From Candidatus Saccharimonadota bacterium (lineage in GTDB: Archaea; Nanohalarchaeota; Nanosalinia; Nanosalinales; Nanosalinaceae): 32,000 nt of DNA. Of the stretch, positions 1-8,345 are shown one piece after another. The stretch covers positions 300,001 through 332,000 of the forward strand of contig NZ_CP180230.1 in NCBI RefSeq assembly GCF_047555085.1. Direction: 5' to 3'. Positions within the stretch are counted from its first letter, which is position 1. The number at the start of each line of letters is the position of its first letter. The notes beneath the pieces are model-generated. The model worked only from the letters and a program-made list of their open reading frames with translations, did no database searches and was not told the DNA's origin. Both the position numbers and the translations under genes were made by a program.

Positions 1-1522
1 TTTAGATACTAAAGATACTTTAGTTGCTCTGGAATTTCTCGCTCTATTCTACAATAGTCAAAAAGAGCTTATAAGAAAAATTATAGTTTCCGAAAACAAA
101 GAGCTATTCGTTAAGTCCCTCAAGATGTTTGATGAACATAATAGTAAGCTAGATCGAATCAAATCGGATATTAATTTCCGAGATATTTCGGATAACTCCG
201 AACCTCAAAAAGAAGATTCTGATATACTCGATAAGATAGATGATCTAAATCAAGAATTGGAAGAAACTCCTTTTGGGGTAGGTGCCTGGGTGTTTAGAGA
301 ATATGAGAACGGTAATCTTGACGAAGATTTCTTTAATAATGTAAGAGAGGAGGTAATAGGGAAATTTGAAAACAAATCTATCGGCGAAATCTCTAGTATC
401 TACTTTGAAATTCTAGAAAGCACTCCCTCTTACTGGAATAGTTGGCAAATGTCAGAGGAATTAGATGTTTTTGAAGGCGCAACTTCCATGGGAAGCCCTG
501 CTGCAGTTTCATGGATTCAAAATTTCTACTGCGGTCTAATGATTAGGAATATTAGCGACGATAAAATAGAGGAAATCTTAGAAAGAGAAGAAGAGTTCTC
601 AAATCCGATATCAGTAAGAAAATCAATCAAAGATAATATTGAAAGTCTCAAAGAACAAACTCAGAATTTTTCAACAGAAGAATCTCTAATGAGAGATATA
701 GAGGATATCCGGTCAAGAAAAGAAGCAGTAAGCAAAATTTTCGAAAATATTAAATCTGAGATAGAGACGGACGAAAGACAGGAAATAATCAATTCAGAAG
801 TGTCCGACTCTTTGGTTTCTGAGTTCAAAACAGGGCTTAGAGATAGTTGGGAGTCAAATGCTGATTTCAGGAAACTCTATAATGACTTGGGCAGATTTGA
901 AGAAAATTCATCAGAAGCTCCTGAAGAAGCTAGAGAGCTAGGGCTGAACAGAGTTTTCTACCGCAGTTATTTTGTGGAAGATTCTCCCAGAAACTGGGTT
1001 AGAAATGTAGATGATAACTGGGGTAGAGCTATAGCAAAAAAGGAAAATGAAGTGATTTTTGAGGAACTATTCGGCTCTATTGAGTTCCAGAAAATTTCAT
1101 GGGAAGAAATAGATTCCAGAATGTTAGATGCTGATATAAGCGGATTTGAGGATTCTCAGCCAATAATGCTTGTAGGAAATAGCCCTCGACTAAAATATAG
1201 AGCTAAAAATATAGAGAGATTAGAAATCAATGAAGAGAAAGGAAAATATCTCTATAACAACAAAGAAGTACCTATATACCATATCAACCATCTTAGAGAT
1301 AAATTAATAATCACAACCGCAGAGAGACTAGGAAGACTTCTCCAGTATTCAGAAGGAGAAAATCTATCAATAGAATTTAGTGAAAATATTCCTTCAGATG
1401 TCTCTAAAAACTTGGAATTAGAAGATCCCGAAACTAGAGTCTTGATTAAAGCATCAGAATCCTTTGAGGTTAAAGAAATACAGCAGGATAGTTCAACCAT
1501 CAGTTATGAAATCCAGGAATAA
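1..1522 (+). CDS. Hypothetical acidic protein, 5' end outside the window. The frame is open from nt 2, so the ORF-track Met at 125 is probably internal.
   Basis: There is no stop codon in this frame between nt 2 and 1522. The 465+ aa product is very D/E/N/S-rich, and I recognise no family motif. The DNA is clearly more AT-rich than the rest of the window and has no AGGCCT copy. Confidence 0.6.
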   Translation, partial: LDTKDTLVALEFLALFYNSQKELIRKIIVSENKELFVKSLKMFDEHNSKLDRIKSDINFRDISDNSEPQKEDSDILDKIDDLNQELEETPFGVGAWVFREYENGNLDEDFFNNVREEVIGKFENKSIGEISSIYFEILESTPSYWNSWQMSEELDVFEGATSMGSPAAVSWIQNFYCGLMIRNISDDKIEEILEREEEFSNPISVRKSIKDNIESLKEQTQNFSTEESLMRDIEDIRSRKEAVSKIFENIKSEIETDERQEIINSEVSDSLVSEFKTGLRDSWESNADFRKLYNDLGRFEENSSEAPEEARELGLNRVFYRSYFVEDSPRNWVRNVDDNWGRAIAKKENEVIFEELFGSIEFQKISWEEIDSRMLDADISGFEDSQPIMLVGNSPRLKYRAKNIERLEINEEKGKYLYNNKEVPIYHINHLRDKLIITTAERLGRLLQYSEGENLSIEFSENIPSDVSKNLELEDPETRVLIKASESFEVKEIQQDSSTISYEIQE

Positions 1523-1696
1523 ACACCTAATTATAAGATCAAATTTCCAATAGGTCTCATATTTGCTGAAGCTACTGAAAAGGAGTTACTGATTAAACTT
1601 TCTGGGCCTCTAATCAATTTTGTGAGTTATTCCAGTCCGGAAAAATCCTTGTATCGAAGATTCTTGATAGAGGCCTCTAGGGAGATGTTCTTGTAG

Positions 1697-2419
1697 ATGG
1701 GAAGGGCGAATAATTGGCGGAAGGAGTCTGAGGATGGCGAGAGTATTGTCTGGCTTCATGAGGGCGGATATGATTTCAGGCTTCGTGCGGATAAGGATGA
1801 GGATAAGAAGTGGGCCTTGAGTTTGTCCAGTGATATTTTGCCGGAGAAGTATGATAAAGAAGTTTTGACGATGGATACGAAGAAAAAGGCCCGGAGTATT
1901 GCTTTTGACTGGAGGAAGTCTCATACAGAATCCAGTGATTTACTGAAGGAAGTAGGCCTTTCTATGAGCAGTTCGAGGAACGTGTTCAATCCTTTCAACA
2001 TGAGTCTGGCGATGATGAATATTTTCTTGTTTCTTGCTTTGCTTCAGACGTGGAAGTTCATTGATCCGATCTTCGGGGAAATTTTTATCGGGATTGTTAT
2101 GGGAGCTGGAGGCCTGATTTTTCTTGTAGAGGCCTTTTACAAAGACGGCTTATTTAATTTGACAGCTCCGTTGCACAACGCGGATGAAGCTGTTTCTTTA
2201 CTTACAGGAACTTTCGCAGTCCTGGCCTCTTACGGCTATATAACTCAGTCAGAATTTTATTTGACGCATTTTTCAGGTGTTCAGGGAGGTATACTGGCCT
2301 ACATGGTCGCATACCTGATGCTACACTGGCTGAAGACAAGATTTATCGGATACACTCGTGTAACAGCTAGAGCGACAAAGAAAAAGGCCTTTAACTGGAA
2401 GAATGACTTGATGAAGTAG
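1697..2419 (+). CDS. Hypothetical membrane protein with a ~95-aa soluble N-terminal domain and about 4 predicted TM helices
   Basis: 240-aa ORF with an ATG start. It has hydrophobic stretches (MNIFLFLALLQ, IFIGIVMGAGGLIFLV, LLTGTFAVLASYGYI, GGILAYMVAYLML). I recognise no family. Confidence 0.6.
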   Translation: MGRANNWRKESEDGESIVWLHEGGYDFRLRADKDEDKKWALSLSSDILPEKYDKEVLTMDTKKKARSIAFDWRKSHTESSDLLKEVGLSMSSSRNVFNPFNMSLAMMNIFLFLALLQTWKFIDPIFGEIFIGIVMGAGGLIFLVEAFYKDGLFNLTAPLHNADEAVSLLTGTFAVLASYGYITQSEFYLTHFSGVQGGILAYMVAYLMLHWLKTRFIGYTRVTARATKKKAFNWKNDLMK

Positions 2420-2476
2420 ATTTTCGGATTTCTGATTTAGACAGGAATTTTATTCAGGCCTCTGTATAGAATTGTT

Positions 2477-2848
2477 ATGGATATCTATCTGGCCCATTCC
2501 TCGAGTATGGATTTTAGAGAAGATTTTTACAGGCCTGTAAAGGAAAGCAGCATAAGTGACGAGCATTCAGTCGTCTTCCCTCACGAAGATGAAGGCCTCT
2601 TCGATTCCAGAGAATTCTTCAGGGAAAAATGCGATCTAGTTGTAGCAGAAGTTTCAGAGGCCTCCACTGGCGCAGGTATAGAGCTTGGCTGGGCGGATGA
2701 AAAATCAGTTCCCATCCTGTGCATCCATCGGGAAGAAGGAAATCCCTCCTCCGCGATCAAAGCCGTCATGGAAAACATAGTCTCTTACTCAAGGCCCGAA
2801 GAAATCCCAGAGATAATCGAAGAGAAAATTAAAGAAATCAAAATTTAG
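2477..2848 (+). CDS. Nucleoside 2-deoxyribosyltransferase-like (Rossmannoid NDT/SLOG-class) small protein
   Basis: 123 aa. The core DLVVAEVSEASTGAGIELGWA matches the S/T-G-x-x-E-x-G-x-A catalytic-Glu signature typical of the nucleoside 2-deoxyribosyltransferase-like superfamily. Recognised by eye only. Confidence 0.5.
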   Translation: MDIYLAHSSSMDFREDFYRPVKESSISDEHSVVFPHEDEGLFDSREFFREKCDLVVAEVSEASTGAGIELGWADEKSVPILCIHREEGNPSSAIKAVMENIVSYSRPEEIPEIIEEKIKEIKI

Positions 2849-3447
2849 GCCTCAAAAATCTCTTCCCCAGCTCTACGCCAGTTCCTGTCCTCCTTTTTCG
2901 GATAGCCGATCGGTATCAAGAGTACAGGCCTCTCAGAATCCTTCAAGTCGAGTTTCTCAGAAAGTTTTGGCTGGCTGAATCCTCTTACCGGGCAGCTACC
3001 AATCCCAAAGTTTCTGCAGGCCAGCATGAAGAACGTCGCCGGGATCATCGTGTTTCTCGTTAGCCAGCCTGTCATGAATTCTTCGTCGCGGGCCTTGTAC
3101 CTCTCGTACATGTCTCGAAGATTCTCTGCTTTTTCCTCGTCGATCTTGCCCTCCTCAAGTTTATGGCTGAGGACTTCGTCGGCGTTGACATCTATCTCTT
3201 CATCTCCAACTAGAACTACTATTTTATCGGCGTACTGGATCCACCTGTTGACCGGTATCGCAGAATCTACGGCCTTTTCTTTGGCCTCTTGTGAATCCAG
3301 GACGATGAATCTGTACGGCTGTAAATTGAAGGCTGTCGGCGCCTTTGTCGTCAAGTCGAAAATTTTCTCCAGCGTTTCCTCTTTGACTTCTTCATCTGTG
3401 AACTTCTTGACGGATGACCAGTTTTCCATCGCGTCTTCGAGATCCAT
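2845..3447 (-). CDS. Nitroreductase-family (FMN-dependent) oxidoreductase
   Basis: 200 aa. The N-terminal SVKKFTDEEVKEETLEKIFDLTTKAPTAFNLQPYRFIVL is the classic nitroreductase-fold start. Its start abuts the stop of the upstream nth-like gene with no gap. Confidence 0.8.
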   Translation of the reverse strand: MDLEDAMENWSSVKKFTDEEVKEETLEKIFDLTTKAPTAFNLQPYRFIVLDSQEAKEKAVDSAIPVNRWIQYADKIVVLVGDEEIDVNADEVLSHKLEEGKIDEEKAENLRDMYERYKARDEEFMTGWLTRNTMIPATFFMLACRNFGIGSCPVRGFSQPKLSEKLDLKDSERPVLLIPIGYPKKEDRNWRRAGEEIFEA

Positions 3448-4170
3448 TTATTCCCAGGCCTCCGGAGGATACTCTTCAGGACTCAAATCGCCTTTGATAA
3501 CTTTTTCGTAGTAGCTGCAGTACTTTTTCAGCTTTGTATTTTCGCATGTAGGATTTCTGGCGGTGCAGTTGTTCTTCCCGTGCTCAATCATCAGCATATG
3601 GAAGCTGTTCTTGATCTCGTGAGGAACTGCTTCATTCAGAAGTTCATGCGCTTTTCCATTCGAAGCTGAGAAAGGAATCAGCCTGAATCTCTTGGCCAGC
3701 CTCTCCACGTGCGTATCGACGGGCATAACGTTGGCATCAAAGTGAAAATTCAGTAGAACACTTGCTGTCTTCGGGCCTATTCCTTTGATCTCTTCAAGCC
3801 AGGCCTGTGCCTCGGAGTCTTCCATCTCGCCGAGGAAATCCACAGAGTAATCCTCAGAATCTCCATGATCTCTCAAGGCCTTCAAAGTTCTCTGGATTCT
3901 TTTCGCTTTTGTCTCTGGAAGGCCTGCTGGATTGATGGAGTCTGCTAGTTTTTCGATAGAGGCCTCTTCGATTTCTCTGTAGTCTTTGGAGTCGTTGAAT
4001 AAGTTTTCAGCGGCTCTGGCAGTGTTTGTATCTGCTACGTTCTGTGAGAGGATCGTTATGAGAAGCTGTCTGACTCCGTCGTCGTTGTCATGCCAGTTCT
4101 GTTCTCCATACACATCTAGGAGGTCCTGATGAATGTTCCTGATTCTTTCCTCTGAGTTGTCGATTTCCAT
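3448..4170 (-). CDS. nth: Endonuclease III-like HhH-GPD DNA glycosylase/lyase
   Basis: The HhH motif IKGIGPKTASVLL carries the catalytic Lys, and VDTHVERLAKR carries the Asp. The C-terminal Cys region has only three Cys (C-x6-C-x8-C), not the canonical C-x6-C-x2-C-x5-C. Confidence 0.8.
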   Translation of the reverse strand: MEIDNSEERIRNIHQDLLDVYGEQNWHDNDDGVRQLLITILSQNVADTNTARAAENLFNDSKDYREIEEASIEKLADSINPAGLPETKAKRIQRTLKALRDHGDSEDYSVDFLGEMEDSEAQAWLEEIKGIGPKTASVLLNFHFDANVMPVDTHVERLAKRFRLIPFSASNGKAHELLNEAVPHEIKNSFHMLMIEHGKNNCTARNPTCENTKLKKYCSYYEKVIKGDLSPEEYPPEAWE

Positions 4171-4201
4171 GTCTCTGAGTTATACGCCAGTTCTGAAGTA
4201 T

Positions 4202-4612
4202 CTACGGTTTTTCGACTTCTATTTCTCCGCTCTGGATATCCTGGAGTGTTGAGCCGTAGAAAAGTGTGATCATCAATGTCACGAATACTGTGATTGTGGA
4301 TATCTCCGCGAGAGCTCTTGGGAAGCCTGTTTCTATCGTCTGGGCGTACATGCTCATCATGAATGCGAGGATTCCTGAAAATGCTCCAGCCCACCAGTTC
4401 CAGCCTTCACTTCTCTTGAAGAAAAGTTTAACATCGAACTGTTCTCTGAATTTTTTCGAGGCGTAGACTGTTGCCAGCAGAGAGATCACAGTGAAAAGAT
4501 AGATCATAGGCGTCTGTGAAACCTGATTTATGGCTGTAACAAGTATAAGAGCTGAAAATCCTGTGATCTCTATGCTTCTTCTCTCCCAGAGATTTCTTGC
4601 ATCCATATTCAT
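4202..4612 (-). CDS. Hypothetical membrane protein (about 4 TM)
   Basis: The ORF-track start at 4636 is a TTG that overlaps the upstream gene. The in-frame ATG at 4612 sits 7 nt after the upstream stop. The product has hydrophobic helices and no recognisable family. Confidence 0.55.
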   Translation of the reverse strand: MNMDARNLWERRSIEITGFSALILVTAINQVSQTPMIYLFTVISLLATVYASKKFREQFDVKLFFKRSEGWNWWAGAFSGILAFMMSMYAQTIETGFPRALAEISTITVFVTLMITLFYGSTLQDIQSGEIEVEKP

Positions 4613-4619
4613 AACTTGC

Positions 4620-5486
4620 TTACCTGATTTTTTCAATCTGTCTCTCTAGTGACGGCGCCCGGGCCTCTGTCCAGTAAGTACTGTCTCTGTAGCTTACGAT
4701 CCATGTGCCTGTCCTGAACTCTTTCTTGAAAGGCCTTCCCTTTTTCAGGGCCTCTACAACTCTCTTCATTTCCTCTGTTTCGTCGCCGTAATATGTTTCA
4801 TCGATCGCCTTCTGAAGGAACTGTTCTGAGAGATTTGAAGTATCCAGTTCAAACAGGTATCTGTCTCTGAGTTCGGAGCTGTATTCTGAAAGATTTTCGG
4901 CGACTTTACGGGCTGTGTAGTTGTAAACTTTTGTTGTTGTGTTCTCCTCGCTGTTTTTCGTGACTAGTATGCTGGAGTCTCCTCTTGTGATAACTGTTTC
5001 ATTTCTATCTGCGAGAACAGATTCTTCTTTTTCCTGTAGAGTATACGTTCTGTAGTACTTTATCCTGCTTATATTGCTGCCTGCACTGGCCTGATCAAAT
5101 ATCGAGTCCACAAAATCTTTTTCACCATCTGTCAGATTCACTTCGCTGCTCTGACTGTCCTGAACTCTTTCAGCGCTGTAAGTTACTCCGATCCTGTCCT
5201 CTGTACCTGCAACTGTCCGATTCAGGGAGTAAAGACTGCCTTTGTACAGCACAGGGACGCCATGATCCAGTACATCACTGGGAGGATTCTCTGTAGTCAG
5301 GAAACTTCCATTATCAGCTACTTTCCTGAAATCCGCATGCATATCCGATATATTCACTGAGGCCTTCTCCCCGAGTTCGGCACCTTCAACTTTTTCCATG
5401 CGCAGAGAGGCCTCTGCATCGATACAGCCGCTGGAGACTGCCACAAAAGCCAAAAGACCCAGCAAGAGAGCTTTATTCCGATTCAT
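4620..5486 (-). CDS. Secreted or lipid-anchored hypothetical protein
   Basis: The internal ATG at 5486 gives MNRNKALLLGLLAFVAVSSGC, a signal peptide with a lipobox-like SSGC. The remainder is hydrophilic with several N-x-S/T sequons. Confidence 0.6.
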   Translation of the reverse strand: MNRNKALLLGLLAFVAVSSGCIDAEASLRMEKVEGAELGEKASVNISDMHADFRKVADNGSFLTTENPPSDVLDHGVPVLYKGSLYSLNRTVAGTEDRIGVTYSAERVQDSQSSEVNLTDGEKDFVDSIFDQASAGSNISRIKYYRTYTLQEKEESVLADRNETVITRGDSSILVTKNSEENTTTKVYNYTARKVAENLSEYSSELRDRYLFELDTSNLSEQFLQKAIDETYYGDETEEMKRVVEALKKGRPFKKEFRTGTWIVSYRDSTYWTEARAPSLERQIEKIR

Positions 5487-5578
5487 TATGCCAGAAATCA
5501 GGCCTGGATTTTTATAGTATTCATCGTTTCTAATCCTCAAAATCTTTAAGCAACACAGTCGAATCCTTTGATAGTTCT

Positions 5579-7000
5579 ATGGCCTCGATAATCCTTCCCA
5601 ATCAGCTCTTCCCGGAACCCGTAGAAGAAGGGAAAAGATACCTTGTAGAACATCCGAAATACTTCACCGGGAAAAACTTCCATAAACAGAAAATACTTCT
5701 TCACAGGGCCTCAATGAAGGCCTACAACGAGGAAATCGATGCCGAGTACGTCGAGTTTTCCGAGGCCTCTGAAAAGTTTGAGGAAATTTTCCAGGAACAC
5801 GACGAGATCAGGATGTACGATCCCGTGGATCATGAAATACGGGAAAACTTTGAGACATTGGCGGAAAAATTTGATGCCGAGCTCAAGTTCCTGAAAAATC
5901 CTGGTTTCATGGCCTCAAGAAGTTTCAACGAAAAATACTTCGAAGAACACGAGTACTTCCAGCTCAGCTACTACAAGAGAATGAGAAAAAAGTTCGATGT
6001 ACTGATAGATGAAAGCGGAGGCCCTGTAGGCGGAAAATGGAGCTTCGATCCGGAGAACAGGAAGAAGATGCCACAGGATCTGGAAACACCGGAGATCCCG
6101 AAGTTTTTCTCGGATAAAGTAGAGGAAGCGAAGAAATACGTGGAGAAAAACTTTTCTGAGAATCCCGGCGATTTAGATGATTTTTTCTGGCCGACGACAC
6201 GTGAACAGGCCCTGGAAAATCTGGAGGATTTCCTGGAAAATCGGCTGGAAAAGTTCGGGGATTATCAGGATGCTATAGACTCGGATCTGAAGTTCGGCTT
6301 TCATTCACTGCTTTCCTCATCGATCAACATAGGCCTCTTGACTCCTGAAGAAGTCGTGGAGAAGACTCTGGAGAAGCATGAGGAGAAGGATTATCCTATG
6401 AACTCTCTGGAGGGATTTCTGCGTCAGATCATCGGCTGGCGAGAATTCATCCGGGCAACGTACATGCTGGAGCCAGAAATGAGAGACGCGAACTTCTGGA
6501 ACGCAGACAATAAACTTCCTGAAGAGTTCTACAACGCTGAGACAGGCCTTCCGCCGGTCGATGATTCTATACAACATGCTCTGGATAACGCTTACGCACA
6601 TCATATCGAGCGTTTGATGGTTCTCGGCAACGTGATGCTGTTGCTGGAGATCGACCCTGACGAAGTGTATGACTGGTTCATGGAGATGTTCATCGACAGC
6701 TATGAGTGGGTGATGGTGCCGAATATCTACGGCATGAGCCAGTACAGCTGGGAGAACATGATGACAAAGCCGTATATCTCATCTTCAAACTATATCAACA
6801 AGATGTCTCATTACGACGGCGGCGACTGGGAAGATGACTGGACAGGCCTTTACTGGAATTTTATCAAGAAGCATGAAGAGAAGATTGGAAATATTCAGAG
6901 GATGAGCTTCATGACTTCCACGCTAAACAGGATGAGTGAGGAGACTGTGGAGGAGCATTTGGAGAATGCCGAGGCCTTTAAGGAGAGTTTAGGCCTCTGA
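5579..7000 (+). CDS. Cryptochrome/photolyase-related protein of the PhrB/CryB (FeS-BCP, COG3046-like) class, containing no cysteine
   Basis: The blocks GFLRQIIGWREFIR, AHHIERLMVLGN, FIDSYEWVMVPNIYGMSQY and KPYISSSNYINKMS match the conserved C-terminal core of COG3046/FeS-BCP proteins. The 473-aa translation has zero Cys. Confidence 0.8.
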   Translation: MASIILPNQLFPEPVEEGKRYLVEHPKYFTGKNFHKQKILLHRASMKAYNEEIDAEYVEFSEASEKFEEIFQEHDEIRMYDPVDHEIRENFETLAEKFDAELKFLKNPGFMASRSFNEKYFEEHEYFQLSYYKRMRKKFDVLIDESGGPVGGKWSFDPENRKKMPQDLETPEIPKFFSDKVEEAKKYVEKNFSENPGDLDDFFWPTTREQALENLEDFLENRLEKFGDYQDAIDSDLKFGFHSLLSSSINIGLLTPEEVVEKTLEKHEEKDYPMNSLEGFLRQIIGWREFIRATYMLEPEMRDANFWNADNKLPEEFYNAETGLPPVDDSIQHALDNAYAHHIERLMVLGNVMLLLEIDPDEVYDWFMEMFIDSYEWVMVPNIYGMSQYSWENMMTKPYISSSNYINKMSHYDGGDWEDDWTGLYWNFIKKHEEKIGNIQRMSFMTSTLNRMSEETVEEHLENAEAFKESLGL

Positions 7001-7152
7001 TTTCTCCATCCGTCTTTTTATGATCCAGAGTGTCAGTGATACAAGGAAGATTAATGCTGCTTCTTTCCAGCTTACTGAGAAAGGTAGTGGGATGATCATA
7101 GATTGGTTCTACTCCTGTTGATTGAAAAAGAAATTAGAGGCCTTTTTTGGCC

Positions 7153-7332
7153 TTACTCGGTCTGAAGTGTTGAGAAGAATCCTGAGAAGAAGCTTGCGAA
7201 CGCTACAGCTATCAAAGCCCACTGAAGATCAGAGGACGGATATGCAAGTGAGACTGCGTAAGTTACAGCTACTGCGATTACGAGGCTGATTGCTCCGCTT
7301 GTGAACTCTTCTCTGTACTCGTCAATTTCCAT
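7153..7332 (-). CDS. Small hypothetical membrane protein (2 TM)
   Basis: 59-62 aa ORF with an acidic N-terminus (MEIDEYREEF) followed by two hydrophobic segments. No homology is recognisable. Confidence 0.35.
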   Translation of the reverse strand: MEIDEYREEFTSGAISLVIAVAVTYAVSLAYPSSDLQWALIAVAFASFFSGFFSTLQTE

Positions 7333-7415
7333 GAATATCAACTGAGGCCTCTTGATTGAAATTTCTGGTGGTGTCGAACGTTACAGCTAAAAATCTGGCG
7401 GCAGAAACACATGAC

Positions 7416-7910
7416 ATGGCGTTGACTCAGGCCCTGATTGCAAGCGTTTCGATCCAGATAATGACTGCAGCAGCCTTTCTTCTAGTTGCAGCATTCGGGA
7501 TAGGATACGCAGGGAGAGCTGTACGCAAAGCTCTTTCACACAAGTTTGAGGAGGAAACAATACTTGATCTCCTTGAAAGCATAACTAGAGGCCTTCTATG
7601 GTTCGCGGCTGTACTTGTTGCCTTAAGTATTCTCGGATTCGAAGGTATAGCAGCTTCACTCGGCACAGCAGCAGGATTTGTAGCGCTTGGAGTCTCATTC
7701 GCCCTGAAAAATGTTCTATCCGATACAGTAGCAGGGATATATCTTGCTAAAGATCCGGATTTCAACAATGGCGACACTGTAGAAGTAGACGGCTCCAAAG
7801 GAGAAGTTACTGAAGTAGGCCTCAGAAAATCACGTTTAAGGCTTGAAGACGGTAACTTGAGAGTTATTAACAACAGCGATGTAGAGAAGAAATGGACGTT
7901 AATAGAATAA
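7416..7910 (+). CDS. Small-conductance mechanosensitive channel (MscS-family), short form
   Basis: The pore-helix and beta-domain signature is GVSFALKNVLSDTVAGIYLAKDPDFNNGDTVEVDGSKGEVTEVGLRKSRLRLEDG. The ORF-track start at 7356 is a TTG, and the first ATG is at 7416. Confidence 0.7.
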   Translation: MALTQALIASVSIQIMTAAAFLLVAAFGIGYAGRAVRKALSHKFEEETILDLLESITRGLLWFAAVLVALSILGFEGIAASLGTAAGFVALGVSFALKNVLSDTVAGIYLAKDPDFNNGDTVEVDGSKGEVTEVGLRKSRLRLEDGNLRVINNSDVEKKWTLIE

Positions 7911-7927
7911 TTTTTCAGAAATTATTT

Positions 7928-8329
7928 TTATCCGTCCTGGCTTTTCAGCATCAAGTATCCAAGCACTAGCGTAGATATTACTCCGAGTAGAGGCCTCAAG
8001 GGATCGACATATGCCATTATTGCTGATGTTGACAGGAATGCAAGCAGTAAGCCATTGCAGATCGGACAGCTGAATGCGAGGAATCCTGTGACTCCGCCTA
8101 GCGCTGAAAGCCTTGAATCAGTTACAGTGCATTTTTCTTTGCCGAAGTAGATCCCTGCCAGGATTGAAGTCGTGAACAGGAAAGTATAGTCCAGAAATGT
8201 GATTGGTACCATCCTGACGTAGAAAGGAGTCGGTATGAGGCCTGTAACTACGCCCGTAACTGTGAAGAAAAATGTAGAGGCGGCTACAGACTTTTTCACG
8301 TCATAGCCCTTTACTTCTTCAATTTTCAT
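7928..8329 (-). CDS. Membrane protein with an intramembrane CxxC (FSCPICNG), paralogous to the upstream gene
   Basis: 133 aa with about 4 TM. It shares the block LG-x3-GFLA-x2-C-x2-C-x4-L with the 176-aa neighbour. It is the third gene of the DsbA-like operon, with a 16-nt gap. Confidence 0.6.
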   Translation of the reverse strand: MKIEEVKGYDVKKSVAASTFFFTVTGVVTGLIPTPFYVRMVPITFLDYTFLFTTSILAGIYFGKEKCTVTDSRLSALGGVTGFLAFSCPICNGLLLAFLSTSAIMAYVDPLRPLLGVISTLVLGYLMLKSQDG

Positions 8330-8345
8330 AATGAGATGTTCTTTT

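Noticed and set aside
3966-4730. Shorter AGGCCT-free gaps as additional foreign islands. Examples are 3966-4730, 11864-12580, 22280-22995 and 29538-30088.
   Set aside because: Gaps of 0.5-0.8 kb are expected several times by chance at a mean spacing of about 230 nt, and the GC content there looks ordinary. Only the two gaps of about 1.7 kb stand out.
6989-7099. A 36-aa minus-strand ORF (MIIPLPFSVSWKEAALIFLVSLTLWIIKRRMEKSEA) downstream of the photolyase gene.
   Set aside because: It is TM-like and could be real. However, it is too short to support without comparative or expression data, so I have not reported it as a feature.
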